A stretch of 38,398 nt of DNA from Octopus bimaculoides (GCF_001194135.2 NC_068982.1:173532835-173571232); one strand, 5' to 3'. Shown: positions 1-13,200, numbered from the stretch's first letter. Made by a program: numbers and translations. The notes: generated from the sequence alone by a model not told the origin.

Positions 1-71
<71 letters not shown>
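1..71. repeat. (CA)n-(TA)n compound microsatellite
   Basis: Directly visible at the window start. Confidence 0.98.
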
Positions 72-73
<2 letters not shown>

Positions 74-584
74 TGTCAGTGTCGAGATTTTTGTGCGTCC
101 ACCTGATGGCGAATCACTCTGTCAAGCTATATATAAATTTCGCTGTTTTCCCCTCTTTGTCAGCCTATACGATCTAGCATACATACTGCATCACAGGCAT
201 GAGAACGGAATTAAAAGAAATGTTTTCAATAAAAGAAATGTCACCAAATAAATTAATTAAATTACCCTCGAATTACTGTTTAAATTTAATAACATCGTCA
301 CCGTAAAATTTAACGTATCTTGATATGTGCAAATATTCATTGACTTCAGTTTTGTTTGTCATTTTTACTGAGAAGTAAGACATTACACGACCTTTGGCAA
401 ACCCCTCACATGCTGGAGAAGTCGATGCGGTTGCTGCTTTTCTTTTCTGTTTATTTTTTTTTCTGGTTTTATCTTTTAGTAAAATGTAGACGACAAAAGT
501 ATTTCCAAGAAATAAACTCCTACTGGAAGTGGAAGCGATAGGTAGTTGGTTGGCAGATTGAAAAGAAAATGCTTACTGGAGACA

Positions 585-966
585 GGAGGCGCAATGGCCC
601 AGTGGTTAGGGCAGCGGACTCGCGGTCATAGGATCGCGGTTTCGATTCCCAGACCGGGCGTTGTGAGTGTTTATTGAGCGAAAAACACCTAAAGCTCCAC
701 GAGGCTCCGGCAGGGGATGGTGGCGAACCCTGCTGTACTCTTCCACCACAACTTTCTCTCACTCTTACTTCCTGTTTCTGTTGTGCCTGTTATTCAAAGG
801 GTCAGCCTTGTCACACTGTGTCACACTGAACATTCGCGAGAACTACGTTAACGGTACACGTGTCTGTGGAGTGCTCAGCCACTTGCACGTTAATTTCACG
901 GGTACGCTGTTCCGTTGATCGGATCAACTGGAACCCTCGACGTCTTAAGCGACGGAGTGCCAACAA
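585..966 (+). mobile_element. tRNA-derived SINE, family A, full-length copy 1
   Basis: Pol III A-box TGGCCCAGTGG (595-605) and B-box GGTTTCGATTCC (638-649). Near-identical copy at 4406-4771. 3' tail has the GTTGATC-G-GATCAAC hairpin and ends in CAACAA. Confidence 0.9.
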
Positions 967-1859
967 TAAAATCTATTTCCACACTTACTGTTGTCCCATC
1001 AGCTTTAATCTAATGGATATGTTCGAATATAACACGTTTGGAAACTTTAAAAAAAAAGAAGGAAATATTAGCGCGTTTTAATCCTTACAATTGTATTTAC
1101 TAATCTTTAAAAATGGAAAGAACTTCGTAATGACTCGAACATAAAACAAGCTGTTCTCTTTAATGAACTGAAATTTAATGACTCAAATATAAAACAATTC
1201 CTGCTTTATGAGAGGAACTCTTCAAATAAAACCTATGTTCCATATATCGGTTTTGGAGGTTCTGTAATATCTTATTTTGTGGTTAGGCGTGTAAATTCAG
1301 TAGATGGGTTTCTGTTACGTATACTGTAGTGTTAGGAAGCTTTGTTATATTGAGACTTTTGTTAACTAAGCACCAATTCCTCTTGTGAAGGTTGGGACAA
1401 AAACACATATCGGCAACTGTAACTGAATGAGGAATAACAGTAGTAGCAGGAGTGGCAACTACACCAGCGATAATAATTCTTTATATAAAAACAAAGCTAC
1501 AAATATACAAGATTTGGCATAAATGATTAAATCTAGTCCAGTACATTATTTAGATCTAGAGAAAGGAAATGCAATCAACTTCCTAGCAAGAACTGAACTT
1601 AAAACATTTGTGTTCAGAGCACAACTAAATACTGCAAACTCTTAATCTGACACTCAACCATTCCCGATGTTCCATTAAATATTTCCTATACAGCCACCAA
1701 TCCTGATGTTTTCTGAGAAGATATAAAAGATGATTGAAAGTTTCATGCTTTAAGGCATGAAATAACCGATTCGAACCTGTAGTTTCGGTTTGTTGAGAGC
1801 ATTTGCTTGTATAAAACAGCTCAGGTATACTCAAGGCCTGTAATTTTTTGTGAGCAGGT

Positions 1860-2021
1860 GTTAGTCGGCTAATTCAGTGCAGTTGTTGACTGGCATTTAC
1901 CTTCATCGATTTCAGAAGGATAAATGACGAAGCTGCCCTCGGCGGAATTCGAACTCATAGCATAAGGAGCTGTAAATAAGTAACGCAAGGTATTTTGTCC
2001 GTTTCCTCTAATGATTCTGCC
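1860..2021 (-). mobile_element. Degraded copy of SINE family C (same family as 18671-19358)
   Basis: Reverse complement reads GGCAGAATCATTAG...GAGTTCGAATTCCGCCGAGGGCAGCTTCGTCATTTATCCTTCTGAAATCGATGAA, which aligns by eye to 19127-19270. Confidence 0.7.
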
Positions 2022-3159
2022 TACAAAAATGTTAATGCAAGCGTAGGCTTCAAAATGGAAATTTTTAATTAAACGTCATACAGGTATTTGATACTTGACT
2101 ATTATATATAGTCATACATACACAGACGCAAACACATTTATATATATAACAAGTGGAGGGATATATTTATATGCACACCAAACAAATATATACATTCATA
2201 CACTCACTCACAAATATATACATATATAAACAAGCTAACATCTTCAACATTGTGCACAAAGCAATAGAAGTAATAAACATCATTTTGAGGATAATAATAA
2301 CAAAACTATATAAAATTAAAGCAACATCAGTCTAATATTTTGTTAATTAAAATACCACAGATGTTAGCATAAGCCAACAGGCCCATGGAAAATAAAAAAT
2401 AAAAACGTTTGAAGGAATGTTTTGGTTGGTCAAATAATGACAGAACGAAGTCAAAATTTTCATTACAGATAAAATCACACGCATCTACAAATACATACAC
2501 TATGTAATCTAAAATTCTTGTTGCTTTTTGTAAATTTTAATTTCTTTTTAAAAGATTTAGCTGTTTAAAATGGTTAAACCACATCTCAAGGTGAAGACTT
2601 ACGCCAAAATTAGAAATCAAGGTGAAAAAACTGAGTATGTCAAAACGGTGAAGTATTGCAGTACGTTCATGGTAGATTCGATAAGGTTCCTCTATATTCT
2701 GAGTTCAAATTCCAACAAAGTTGTCTCTTACCTATCCACTTCCTTAATTAAGTACTAGGACCAATATAAAAACATGTTGCACTTCATTGAGGTTCGTAGT
2801 CTTGTATTAATTTAAAAAGCAATAATTTTAGTTACTTGCAGACGAGGGGTCATTAAAGTCCCCAACAGCCCATCCTGTCGTCTGATTTTGAGTTTCGGTT
2901 ACAGTTGACAATTTATCTAACATAAGTAGGTAATGTCCTTCAAATGATGCTAGGCATTTAATATTTTATTCATTAAATTGTTTGCGTTCATTTGTAAATG
3001 TGTTTGCGAGTGTAACTAGTTTTGCAGTGTTGAGAGCTTTCATTAATTTGTGAAAGAACGCCATTCAATTGACTTTATATGAATTATTTTTTAATGTTGA
3101 AAGAATTCATGTCGTACTATTTGTGATACATTCACTATTTACTTCCGTTACACCTATGT

Positions 3160-3169
3160 TATATATATA

Positions 3170-3200
<31 letters not shown>

Positions 3201-3445
3201 AGATAGATATAGATATATATAGATATAGATATATATATATATAGATATATATAGATATAGATATATATATNNNNNNNNNNNNNNNNNNNNNNNNNNNNNN
3301 NNNNNNNNNNNNNNNNNNNNNNNNNNNNNNNNNNNNNNNNNNNNNNNNNNNNNNNNNNNNNNNNNNNNNNNNNNNNNNNNNNNNNNNNNNNNNNNNNNNN
3401 NNNNNNNNNNNNNNTATATATATATATATATAGATATAGATATAT
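3160..3445. repeat. (TA)n/(TAGATA)n microsatellite spanning an N gap
   Basis: Directly visible; N run at 3271-3414. Confidence 0.95.
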
Positions 3446-3599
3446 GAGTGGCTGTGTGGTAAGTTGCTTGATTACAAACCACATAGTTCCGGGTTCAGTC
3501 TCACTGTGTAGCATCTTGGGCAAGTTTCTGCTGCTATAGCCTCGGGCCGACCAAAGCCATGTGAGTGGATTTGGTACACGGAAACTGAAAGAAGCTTGT

Positions 3600-3650
<51 letters not shown>
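3446..3650 (+). mobile_element. tRNA-derived SINE, family B (CORE-like), running into (TA)n(TG)n
   Basis: A-box-like TGGCTGTGTGG, B-box-like GGTTCAGTCTC, then the CORE-like motif CATCTTGGGCAAGT (cf. CCTTGGGCAAGT). The body ends in GAAAGAAGCTTGTCC followed by the microsatellite. Confidence 0.75.
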
Positions 3651-4300
3651 ACAAAGAAAGAAAGGTATTTTATTGTTTTAACCATCTACACCTGTTTGTG
3701 TAAACCAGTGGCAGACATCCAGAGTATTTCAGCAAAAAACATAATATTATGTTCGTTGCATGTCCTCATATATCCTAATCCGGCGTATTATGCGTAACCA
3801 CGGTAGTATAACAGAATACAGGATGATAGAAGGCGAGATTAGATAATCTTAAGAGAAGGGAGGAGAAATTCTCACAAATATAAACAGTCATATATATATG
3901 ACTGTATAGATTTGTATATTTGTATATTTGTATATCAACGATTTGTATCCTAGCCTCATCACAGCAGAACGTTGTCTATGGCCAAGCGTTTAATTCGCGA
4001 AATGCTCAGTCCAAATGCTTGCAAAATTAGAGTACAAAAGCGAACTTACTAAAAGAAAAAGGGACAACTCTAAGTAGCAGGTGTACAATGAAATTAACAA
4101 GTGCATCGCAAGCTAATAGCTCAACTCCTTTTCAGAAGACACTGGGAAAGAACAGTGTAACTTTATTTGTTTTTTAAATTAAAAAAAAAAATCTACGGAT
4201 TCTTACACTAAAGAAGGGGCTGGTTACGAACTAAGGAACAAAGCTCTATTAATAATTAATAATTAATAATCAATGACAAAGATCTCGAAAGAGAATGAGT

Positions 4301-4331
<31 letters not shown>

Positions 4332-4405
4332 CTGGAGCGGAGAGTGTGGACAGAGATATGGGAACGTAGAAGTATTTAAATATCTATTGGGTACTGTAGT
4401 CTTGT

Positions 4406-4771
4406 GGAGGCGCAATAGCCCAGTGGTTAGGGCAGAGGACTCACGGTCATAGGATCGCGGTTTCGATTCCCAGAACGAGCGTTGTGAGTGTTTATTGAGC
4501 GAAAACACCTAAAGCTCCACGAGGGGATGGTGGCGAACCCTACTGTACTCTTTCACCGCAACTTTCTCTCACTCTTACTTCCTGTTTCTGTTGTGCCTGT
4601 TATTCAAATGGTCAGCCTTGTCACACTGTGTCACGCTGAACATTCCCGAGAACTATGTTAAGGGTACACGTGTCTGTGGAGTGCTCAGCCACTTGCACGG
4701 TAATTTCACGAGCAGGCTGTTCCGTTGATCAGATCAACTGGAACCCTCGACGTCGTAAGCGACGGAGTGCC
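4406..4771 (+). mobile_element. tRNA-derived SINE, family A, copy 2
   Basis: Aligns over its length with 585-966 (by eye >90% identity), with one ~10-bp deletion after GCTCCACGAG. Confidence 0.9.
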
Positions 4772-5589
4772 GAAATTCGATGCTGGAATGATTATGGCGA
4801 ACGCCTTTCATTATGTGTATGCTCGAACAGAACAACTAGAAAAAGCAAAAATGAAACAAACAAGTTAAAATATATATGTACGGGAAGTGGCGGAAACCTT
4901 CCAAAATGTTCCGTTTTTCATTATCACAATTTCATGCTTGTTATTTGATTGCCATACTTTTTAAGCAACAATGAATGCATTGAAGCATCAACATTATAAT
5001 TCAGAACACACAGAACGAGCTAGCGTGGTAGCTTCTACGTGGTTGCTTACCCTGTTAGAATTAAGTCAAATTTACCCCGACAAAAAGAGTGGGGAAAAGC
5101 GTATTTAGAGTCAAGAGAGAAAGAAGGATATAGAAATAATAAAAACATTAACTAAAAGCCATTATAAAATAACAACAACAACGATAACAAAATCATTGAT
5201 AACTCGTACAACAAGAACAATAACCGCAACATAATAACAACGAGAACAGATGAACAATTACAAGACAAAGAAGTGAAGAACAGGTTGCTACTAGTTGCTT
5301 GAAAATAAATGTAAATAGTCAACATTAACAATGAACAGATTAAATCTGAGAACTTAACCACCTGTGATAGCATATTACAAAAGAACATTGTCCAGGAATG
5401 AATTAGGATATTTTTTAAATGATGGGCTGAGGGAGTAAGACAGTAGTTGATAGTACCGTTAGAGTACTGGACTAATTACATTGTGGTATGTAATTATGGC
5501 TCCTCTATGCTGGAGTTCAAATCCTGTTGTATTTATGTTTTCTTCTTTTTACTTCTATAATCGATGAAATAAATATCGCAAGTCAAATT

Positions 5590-5868
5590 AAAGTTAAAGC
5601 CTGTTTGGCGTCAAGGCTCATCAGGACCGATCTTAGGCTGGTCACTTGCAATGTTCAGTGACTGAGAGGGCAATATTCCCTACGAGACATGATGCTAGCC
5701 CGAACAACAATGTTCACCCCTCACCTGTTGCTGATATTCATTTTTAAGATAAACAGCAGTGTGAAACGAAGTGACTTGCACAAAGGCACAATGCGCCGTA
5801 CCATCCGGAATTAAAACTATGACCTTGCGATTATGATCTTCACACCTTAATCATTACGCAACACACCT
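5590..5868 (-). mobile_element. Degraded CORE-like tRNA SINE
   Basis: Minus strand has a tRNA-like head (GCGTAATGATTAAGG...GGTCATAGTTTTAATTCC), then the CORE-like GTGCCTTTGTGCAAGTCACTT, and a tail ending CTTTAACTTT. Confidence 0.55.
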
Positions 5869-7254
5869 TCGTGCTAATCAAGCACTATATTCCATATAGT
5901 CAAATATTTTTCTCCAGAATATGATGCCTCGGGACAGTGTTTCAAAGCAAGAATACACTCGGGTGGAGAACGACAAAAATAGAAGAGCAACAACCTGACA
6001 AAGAAATATACTATATCTAATTACGTTGATATACGTCTAGTATTGAATTGTGAGTGGTGTTTATTTTCTCAACTATCGTCATGGGGTCTCTGAAATATGT
6101 ATCTATCAAGTACCAGGATTCGATATTATAGTCTATAGTCATTTCACGATGTGCAGACTTATGTCTATCTAAACACATCAAGAATAGGCCAAATTTGTTG
6201 AGTGCAAGTTTGTATAAACCCTGTCTTCAACTCAAATTTATATTTCCATCCACCGAGATCGATAAAATAAATACCATGCACATTATTGGGTTAAATATTC
6301 AATTGTTTGGACCCGTTCTTGCAAATGCGTAACCTTGAGATAATGAGAGATATCGAAAGCAACATTATCTTTCATGTTTCTGGAAGGAAGAGAATTAGAC
6401 AAAATTCTTTCTAGATTCTACTTGGATCAGCATTATGGGCTATATACCCTCCGTGCGCTCAACAAATTTTTATTGCCATGGGTTAAAAGGAGAAAATAGA
6501 GCTGCGAACTAAATGTATTTTTTAGTGTCACATATCTGAGATTAAAGCTAGCTTCCCATGTCTTAAATCTTGATAATAGCTAATGTGGGTCCGCTTCCAT
6601 AGATTATAACGTTCCTAAAAAATTATCACGAGCCAAGTGAAAAGAAATACAGTAGGTATCCGAGACATGAAGCATTGATAGGTTATCATCGTAATAGTTA
6701 CTGACTTTGCATCATTGATAAGAAAATTTTGAAAGAAAATTGGGTCTAAACTAAACAACTCAGCAACACCCAAAATATACAGCTCATCAAAAATCCCAAC
6801 TGGACAACTAAAGAACTTAGCACAACCTGAATGAAAAGCAGCAATTAAGTGTGATAATTAACAGCAATGTCCCTTCTAGGAATAAAAAAAATTTCTGTTT
6901 CTTCTACTGTGGCAAGATACAACCTGGATTTGACACAAAATTACAACTATTTAAGTACTGAAGGACTCGTGTATACCATTCCATTACCTTTTTTGTCTAC
7001 TTACTAAAATGCATTTTCTGATGTGCACCCCCGACACATCGGTAAGGTCCAATACTTAGCACATAAACTAAACTTAACATTATGCACAGTACTTATAGAG
7101 AGTGGTGTCATTTGCTTGAAGCGTTGTAATGTTTAAATCATAAATATTTTTTTTTAAATTGAGCAATGGAGGCGAGAGGTTAAACAAAACATGTAAGGCT
7201 ATAACAATAAATAAAAACAAAAAAAGAAATTTAGTGCCTTACATGGGTTGTTTA

Positions 7255-8150
7255 ATGCTTCTGGACAACTTCCAGAGATCCCTGGCCTGGCAGTGCTATC
7301 GAGAAGCACTACCCGTTCGGGATAAGCTCTACAGGCATGGCTCGAGAAACACGGGGCCGACCTGTCCGAGATGCCGGCAGAGCGACGAAACCGTTCTGCA
7401 CGCACTCGTACAGTGTCCCACCATTTCCGAGCTGTGGGCTTACGTCGAACAACTGCTATCGCGTGTGGGACGAGTCGGTCTATCAGCCGAGTCTATCGTG
7501 AATATTGTCGCGCCTCCTTCCTTTAAACGGGAAGGAAGAGCTATTTTCATCGTACTTGTGGCTATGGCGAAAGAATGTGTATGGTGGACGCGTCTGAAAG
7601 GTCTAGAGACAAAGACTTTCCTCTCTGGGCAATCTCTCATCAACTTCTTCAAGTATCACCTGAAGAGGANNNNNNNNNNNNNNNNNNNNNNNNNNNNNNN
7701 NNNNNNNNNNNNNNNNNNNNNNNNNNNNNNNNNNNNNNNNNNNNNNNNNNNNNNNNNNNNNNNNNNNNNNNNNNNNNNNNNNNNNNNNNNNNNNNNNNNN
7801 NNNNNNNNNNNNNNNNNNNNNNNNNNNNNNNNNNNNNNNNNNNNNNNNNNNNNNNNNNNNNNNNNNNNNNNNNNNNNNNNNNNNNNNNNNNNNNNNNNNN
7901 NNNNNNNNNNNNNNNNNNNNNNNNNNNNNNNNNNNNNNNNNNNNNNNNNNNNNNNNNNNNNNNNNNNNNNNNNNNNNNNNNNNNNNNNNNNNNNNNNNNN
8001 NNNNNNNNNNNNNNNNNNNNNNNNCCCCCTTTTCCTTCCTACGATCCCTTTTGATCGACCCCCCCTTTTTTTTCTTCCCCTCCCAAAAAGAAAAGCTCTA
8101 CATTGTATTTGTCCCATCTTCGTTGAGCCCTGTGTGGCTAATAAAAGAAA
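7255..8150 (+). mobile_element. 5'-truncated L1/Tx1-clade LINE 3' end (zf-RVT region plus 3' UTR), gap inside
   Basis: Translation LAWQCYREALPVRDKL...CPRCRQSDETVLHALVQC matches the C-x2-C...E-T/S-x2-H...C zinc knuckle downstream of L1/Tx1 RT. GC-rich island; pyrimidine-rich UTR and AATAAA at ~8140. Confidence 0.85.
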
Positions 8151-8986
8151 TGTATTGTGTTTCGGGCAATATTTCCCCTCTGCAAATTTAAGAAAAAGAA
8201 TAATCGAAGGGTTCAAAATTTTTGAGACAAAAGTTTTGTGGCGTCAGGTGAAGCATCTATGACAGAGTGTAATTGTTTGGTAAAGAGTTACACTTCATCA
8301 AAATTAAAATGTAGATATATGGTAGAAATATAAAAAGAACCCGAGGAAATTCATGGTGGTCTGTTGATCCAGAACACCATGTGTTTCCTCTTATTCTTAT
8401 TATTAAATTTTATTTCGGTTTCGGAGGATACGTATGTCATTAGAATTCAGGTTTACTTACGGAATCGTTCCTATTGAATAGAAAATACTTGCTTTCCCGC
8501 TTCTCCATTTCTTGTTTAAAAATAAGTAGGAAAGGTACTTACATTAGCATCTTTTTTGTAAGAAAGATACACCTTTCAAGCTTTTGACGAAGTTGAAAAC
8601 CAGATGAAGCTCATACTAGAGACATTTCATTGTTTTTCAACTATATATTACAAAGAATGGAAACATCAACATCTGCTTCTGCGAAAATAGTGCTTGTAAC
8701 GATATATATATTACAAACCAGCTCTAGTCAATGACGAGAAAACTTACTCATCTCTACTAGTGCAGTAGTATAGATGGAAAGTCAGCCGTTATTGTGCTTT
8801 GCCATTGTATTTCAAGATGCCACGTGTACGCAGGGTCATTTATCAGGATAATAACTATATAGGAAAGTTAAAACAGAAAGCATTGACGATTACCATTTCC
8901 AAAGATTTCGGTCTTAAGTGAAGAAATCAGCAATGTACTTTTTATGTATTTGGTTTTTGTATTACAACGTAGCTCATAGGCATTCC

Positions 8987-9043
<57 letters not shown>

Positions 9044-9220
9044 TCATTNNNNNNNNNNCTCTCTCTCTCTCTCTCACACTCATTCATCCACATACACATA
9101 TGCACACACACATATGCACACACACATACACACTTACACACACATATTTATATGCATATATACACATGTACATATATAATCGTACTTATACATAGATGTT
9201 AAATTTTATATATATATATA

Positions 9221-9393
9221 GGGAGAATTCACACAAAAAAAGACGAAGACAGGTGGTGTAGACAACAACCAGGTATATTAGTTTAACGCTCTGGAAGTGA
9301 AAAAGTCTTTAAAGTTTCGAGCCTACGCTCTTCCCCAGAAAGGAACACAGAAAGAAACAAGGAGAGAAAATAAAGAATGTGAAGTGGCTAGCG
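9221..9393 (-). mobile_element. Short (TA)n-flanked repeat with a degenerate minimal hammerhead fold; PLE-terminal-repeat-like
   Basis: Homologous to 33989-34183. Minus strand 9343-9306 reads CCTTT-CTGGGGA-A-GAGC-GTAG-GCTC-GAAAC-TTT-AAAGA. Confidence 0.7.
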
Positions 9394-10045
9394 ATATATA
9401 TTTATATATGTATGTTTATATATATNNNNNNNNNNNNNNNNNNNNNNNNNNNNNNNNNNNNNNNNNNNNNNNNNNNNNNNNNNNNNNNNNNNNNNNNNNN
9501 NNNNNNNNNNNNNNNNNNNNNNNNNNNNNNNNNNNNNNNNNNNNNNNNNNNNNNNNNNNNNNNNNNNNNNNNNNATATATATATATATATATATATATAC
9601 ATTAGGCACACATAAATAATCATACACACTAGCACACTTATATATCGCTATTGTTTGATTGCACAGACTTGGACGTGCTCTTGGATTCTCAGTCGGCAAA
9701 TGCTGTGCAAATTTTGTAATAAACTGAAATACTTGAGCAATTGCTTAAGAAATTTCTAGCCCTGTCACCGTTTTCACCAGCAGCGGAGGACATATTGCAA
9801 TTCAGAGCGCACAGAACCTAAAGAGATACCAGAAGTCATCTTTATCGATGCCCTAACCATAATGCGAATCCGTCATTTAGAATTCTTCGAATGGATGAAA
9901 AGCAAAGTTAACCTAGGTGGTCTTTATACTCAGAAAGCTGGGGAGGGGGACCCCACAAGGTAGTCAACTTAATGTTTTAACATTTCTACCAGTTCGTACA
10001 TTCATATTAGTGTAAACATACATGCACAGACATACATACAGAAGC

Positions 10046-10200
<155 letters not shown>

Positions 10201-13200
10201 TTTATGCATGCATATATAAATGCATATANNNNNNNNNNNNNNNNNNNNNNNNNNNNNNNNNNNNNNNNNNNNNNNNNNNNNNNNNNNNNNNNNNNNNNNN
10301 NNNNNNNNNNNNNNNNNNNNNNNNNNNNNNNNNNNNNNNNNNNNNNNNNNNNNNNNNNNNNNNNNNNNNNNNNNNNNNNNNNNNNNNNNNNNNNNNNNNN
10401 NNNNNNNNNNNNNNNNNNNNNNNNNNNNNNNNNNNNNNNNNNNNNNNNNNNNNNNNNNNNNNNNNNNNNNNNNNNNNNNNNNNNNNNNNNNNNNNNNNNN
10501 NNNNNNNNNNNNNNNNNNNNNNNNNNNNNNNNNNNNNNNNNNNNNNNNNNNNNNNNNNNNNNNNNNNNNNNNNNNNNNNNNNNNNNNNNNNNNNNNNNNN
10601 NNNNNNNNNNNNNNNNNNNNNNNNNNNNNNNNNNNNNNNNNNNNNNNNNNNNNNNNNNNNNNNNNNNNNNNNNNNNNNNNNNNNNNNNNNNNNNNNNNNN
10701 NNNNNNNNNNNNNNNNNNNNNNNNNNNNNNNNNNNNNNNNNNNNNNNNNNNNNNNNNNNNNNNATGTATGTGTACGTGTGCGTGTGTGCGTGTGTGTGTG
10801 CGTGTGTGTGTGTGTGTGTGCGTGTGTGTGTGTGTGTTGTGTGTGTGTATGTGTGTGAAGTATATTCGCAGCAGTTATACTAATCCAGGGGTGTAAAGAA
10901 CTCCATATCACAATATGGGGTTGATTCTAAATTTCATTTTGATTAAATTTCAAATATACGTTGCAGATTTTATAGATTTCCAAACAAAGAAATTAATATT
11001 TCATAAATATTGTTATATGTAACATATAAAATACTGTTTAATATGTATACCAACATTATAAAACCTTTAAATTTGTTGAAACAAGTTACGTTATTATATA
11101 ATACTATCTGTTATATAATATCTTCTGCTGCTCTCCTACTAGGGCGACAAAGATTATGTATAATTGATGCACGTTAACTATAGAAAAAATGGTTATAACG
11201 TGTATTCGTGTGTTAAAGCGCTTATTTGGTTCTGAAAAGTACTTTTTTTAAAAATATTTTAACAAAAGTTTTGATTTGTGACGACAAAAGATATTAACTT
11301 AGATGAGCTGGTTAAGATAGCGTTGCTATGAAACGTATTCATTTTTTCGGAGCAGTAATGGTCTCAACCAACGTTAATCTGATTATGAAGTTCGACGTAC
11401 TCTAATATATTCGAAATAATTTGATAATCTCTAATCTTTTCCAAAGTCAGTTTGTAGTTTCATTAATTTTTAGAAAGATTTTTCCAGATTTCCGTGAGAA
11501 TATTTGATGCTTATATATTCTATCTTAAAATTATTCACAGTTAACCCAATATAATCCGGAGAAGCTGAATTATCAACTGTAGCAGCTCTCGCGCAATAAT
11601 CTATAGATTTCAAAAGACATTAGTAATTTAATGCACAATTAATGGAGTTAAAATACATACAAACACATGTTTCCTATTTATATCTGCTCTATCTATAAAA
11701 ATTTTATGAGTACTTACTGAACCTAAATATAATTTTTCTACTAAAAAAATTTATATTTATAATTCATATGTGAGTGTTTATTTAATAACCCAAAGAAATG
11801 TTTAGTGATACACGCACGCACGTTAAAACTCCATAGGGCAATAAACGAAATCACTTTATGTTTTCTAATTTTGCTTAACTAAGTTTACCTGTTCTAATTT
11901 GTACAAATAAGTTTATCGTTAAACCCGCTCCATTTCAACGCTTCATTGTATTTAATAAACTGGTCGCTTTGTTGAAGGAATTAGCGATCGATTGAAATAC
12001 TGGTTAATAGTATACCAATATTTTCATTTATCTATTTCTCTATAACAGCAGGCGAGTAATTTAAGTATGTACGTATTCTAACTTTTCATTTGGCTTTTTA
12101 AAAGCTGAGTATATATCCATTTTTAAATCTAAAGTTATATGCAAAACTTCCGCAGTTGTACTTGTTTGACAGCTGATTTGATCCGAGAGCGTGTGTTGAA
12201 ATTGAAACAATTATGTTCTGGATGAATTACTTTAGTTACCTTAGAACGCACAACCTGTTCAATTTTATTTTTAAGTACATTATTTAATATTTTATGAAGT
12301 ATATTATGTAATATACTTAAAAGTATATTATGTAATGTCAAAAGTTTTCCTCGCACTTCTGTGACCTGGTCACCGAAACAATTTTACTGCATGTCTTTCG
12401 CACTTCATAATAGGCTGTACTATTATGAAACAAAAGAAAAACCTAGTGTGTGTGTTTACATAGTTAAATTTACTCTTCCACGATGTAATTTCACCTAAAA
12501 CAAATATAACGGTGTATAAAATTATTGTTTTAACCGTCTAAATAGTAATTTGTGTATAAACCCAATAAGTTCAAGTTATAAAAGTAAAATGTTAAGGTGG
12601 ATGAATTCGCAATTCTTGGGCTACATATCGTTACATCAATGGAATTATGATTTGATTTCTGTACGCACAAAAGGATATAAAAAAAGCAAATAATAATCTT
12701 CTCACTTGCATAATTATATGGATCTCTAAATAGCTGATTGAAATATAATTTTTAATGAAGATCAAGGCTCTTTGGAGCAAAGATTTGGTTATCGAGAGGT
12801 AAAATCCAATGATATTAAGTTGCGTAAATTTTTATAGATATTTATTGCGAATATTATTGAATTAGGTAAGAAAAATACTGTTATTATATAGTGAAAATTG
12901 GTTGTTTAATTCTATCGGCTGTTTAATATTGTCTAAAGTACTTTTCCTTATTCAATTTTAATTGAATTTATCTCTTTGTACTCCATCACATTCAGTGTTT
13001 TTTTGTTCAAAATGTTTGATATATTTATGGGCAGTTATGATAGTACTGATGTTTATGGTCGTAAGAAAGAAGCAGAAAAAGTAGCCCACAAACTTCAGTT
13101 CCGTTCCTGCTGAGAAAACAGATGATGGATGACACGCGTAGCATTTGGGGATATGGAAGGACGTATTTTTTGCCAAAGTGTATAGCGTTAAAAAGGTCCT

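Noticed and set aside
585-655. tRNA gene
   Set aside because: A and B boxes are present, but no closed acceptor stem is evident and the sequence continues into a 300-bp body repeated at 4406, so it is a SINE head.
7159-7254. N-terminal part of the 367-aa ORF 7159-8262
   Set aside because: AT-rich flank read through by chance. Only ~7255-7669 is LINE-coding, and the ORF length is inflated by the N gap.
8356-8385. Small hairpin CATGGTG...CACCATG
   Set aside because: A 7+4 bp stem is expected by chance in 38 kb, and there is no second copy.
8450-8755. Three GTAAGT donors on the minus strand, including a possible 10-nt microexon
   Set aside because: The flanking frames close quickly and no consistent model could be built.
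12228-12372. Minus-strand exon-like LHNIL repeat
   Set aside because: The openness is explained by a local 15-bp duplication and AT palindrome; low complexity.
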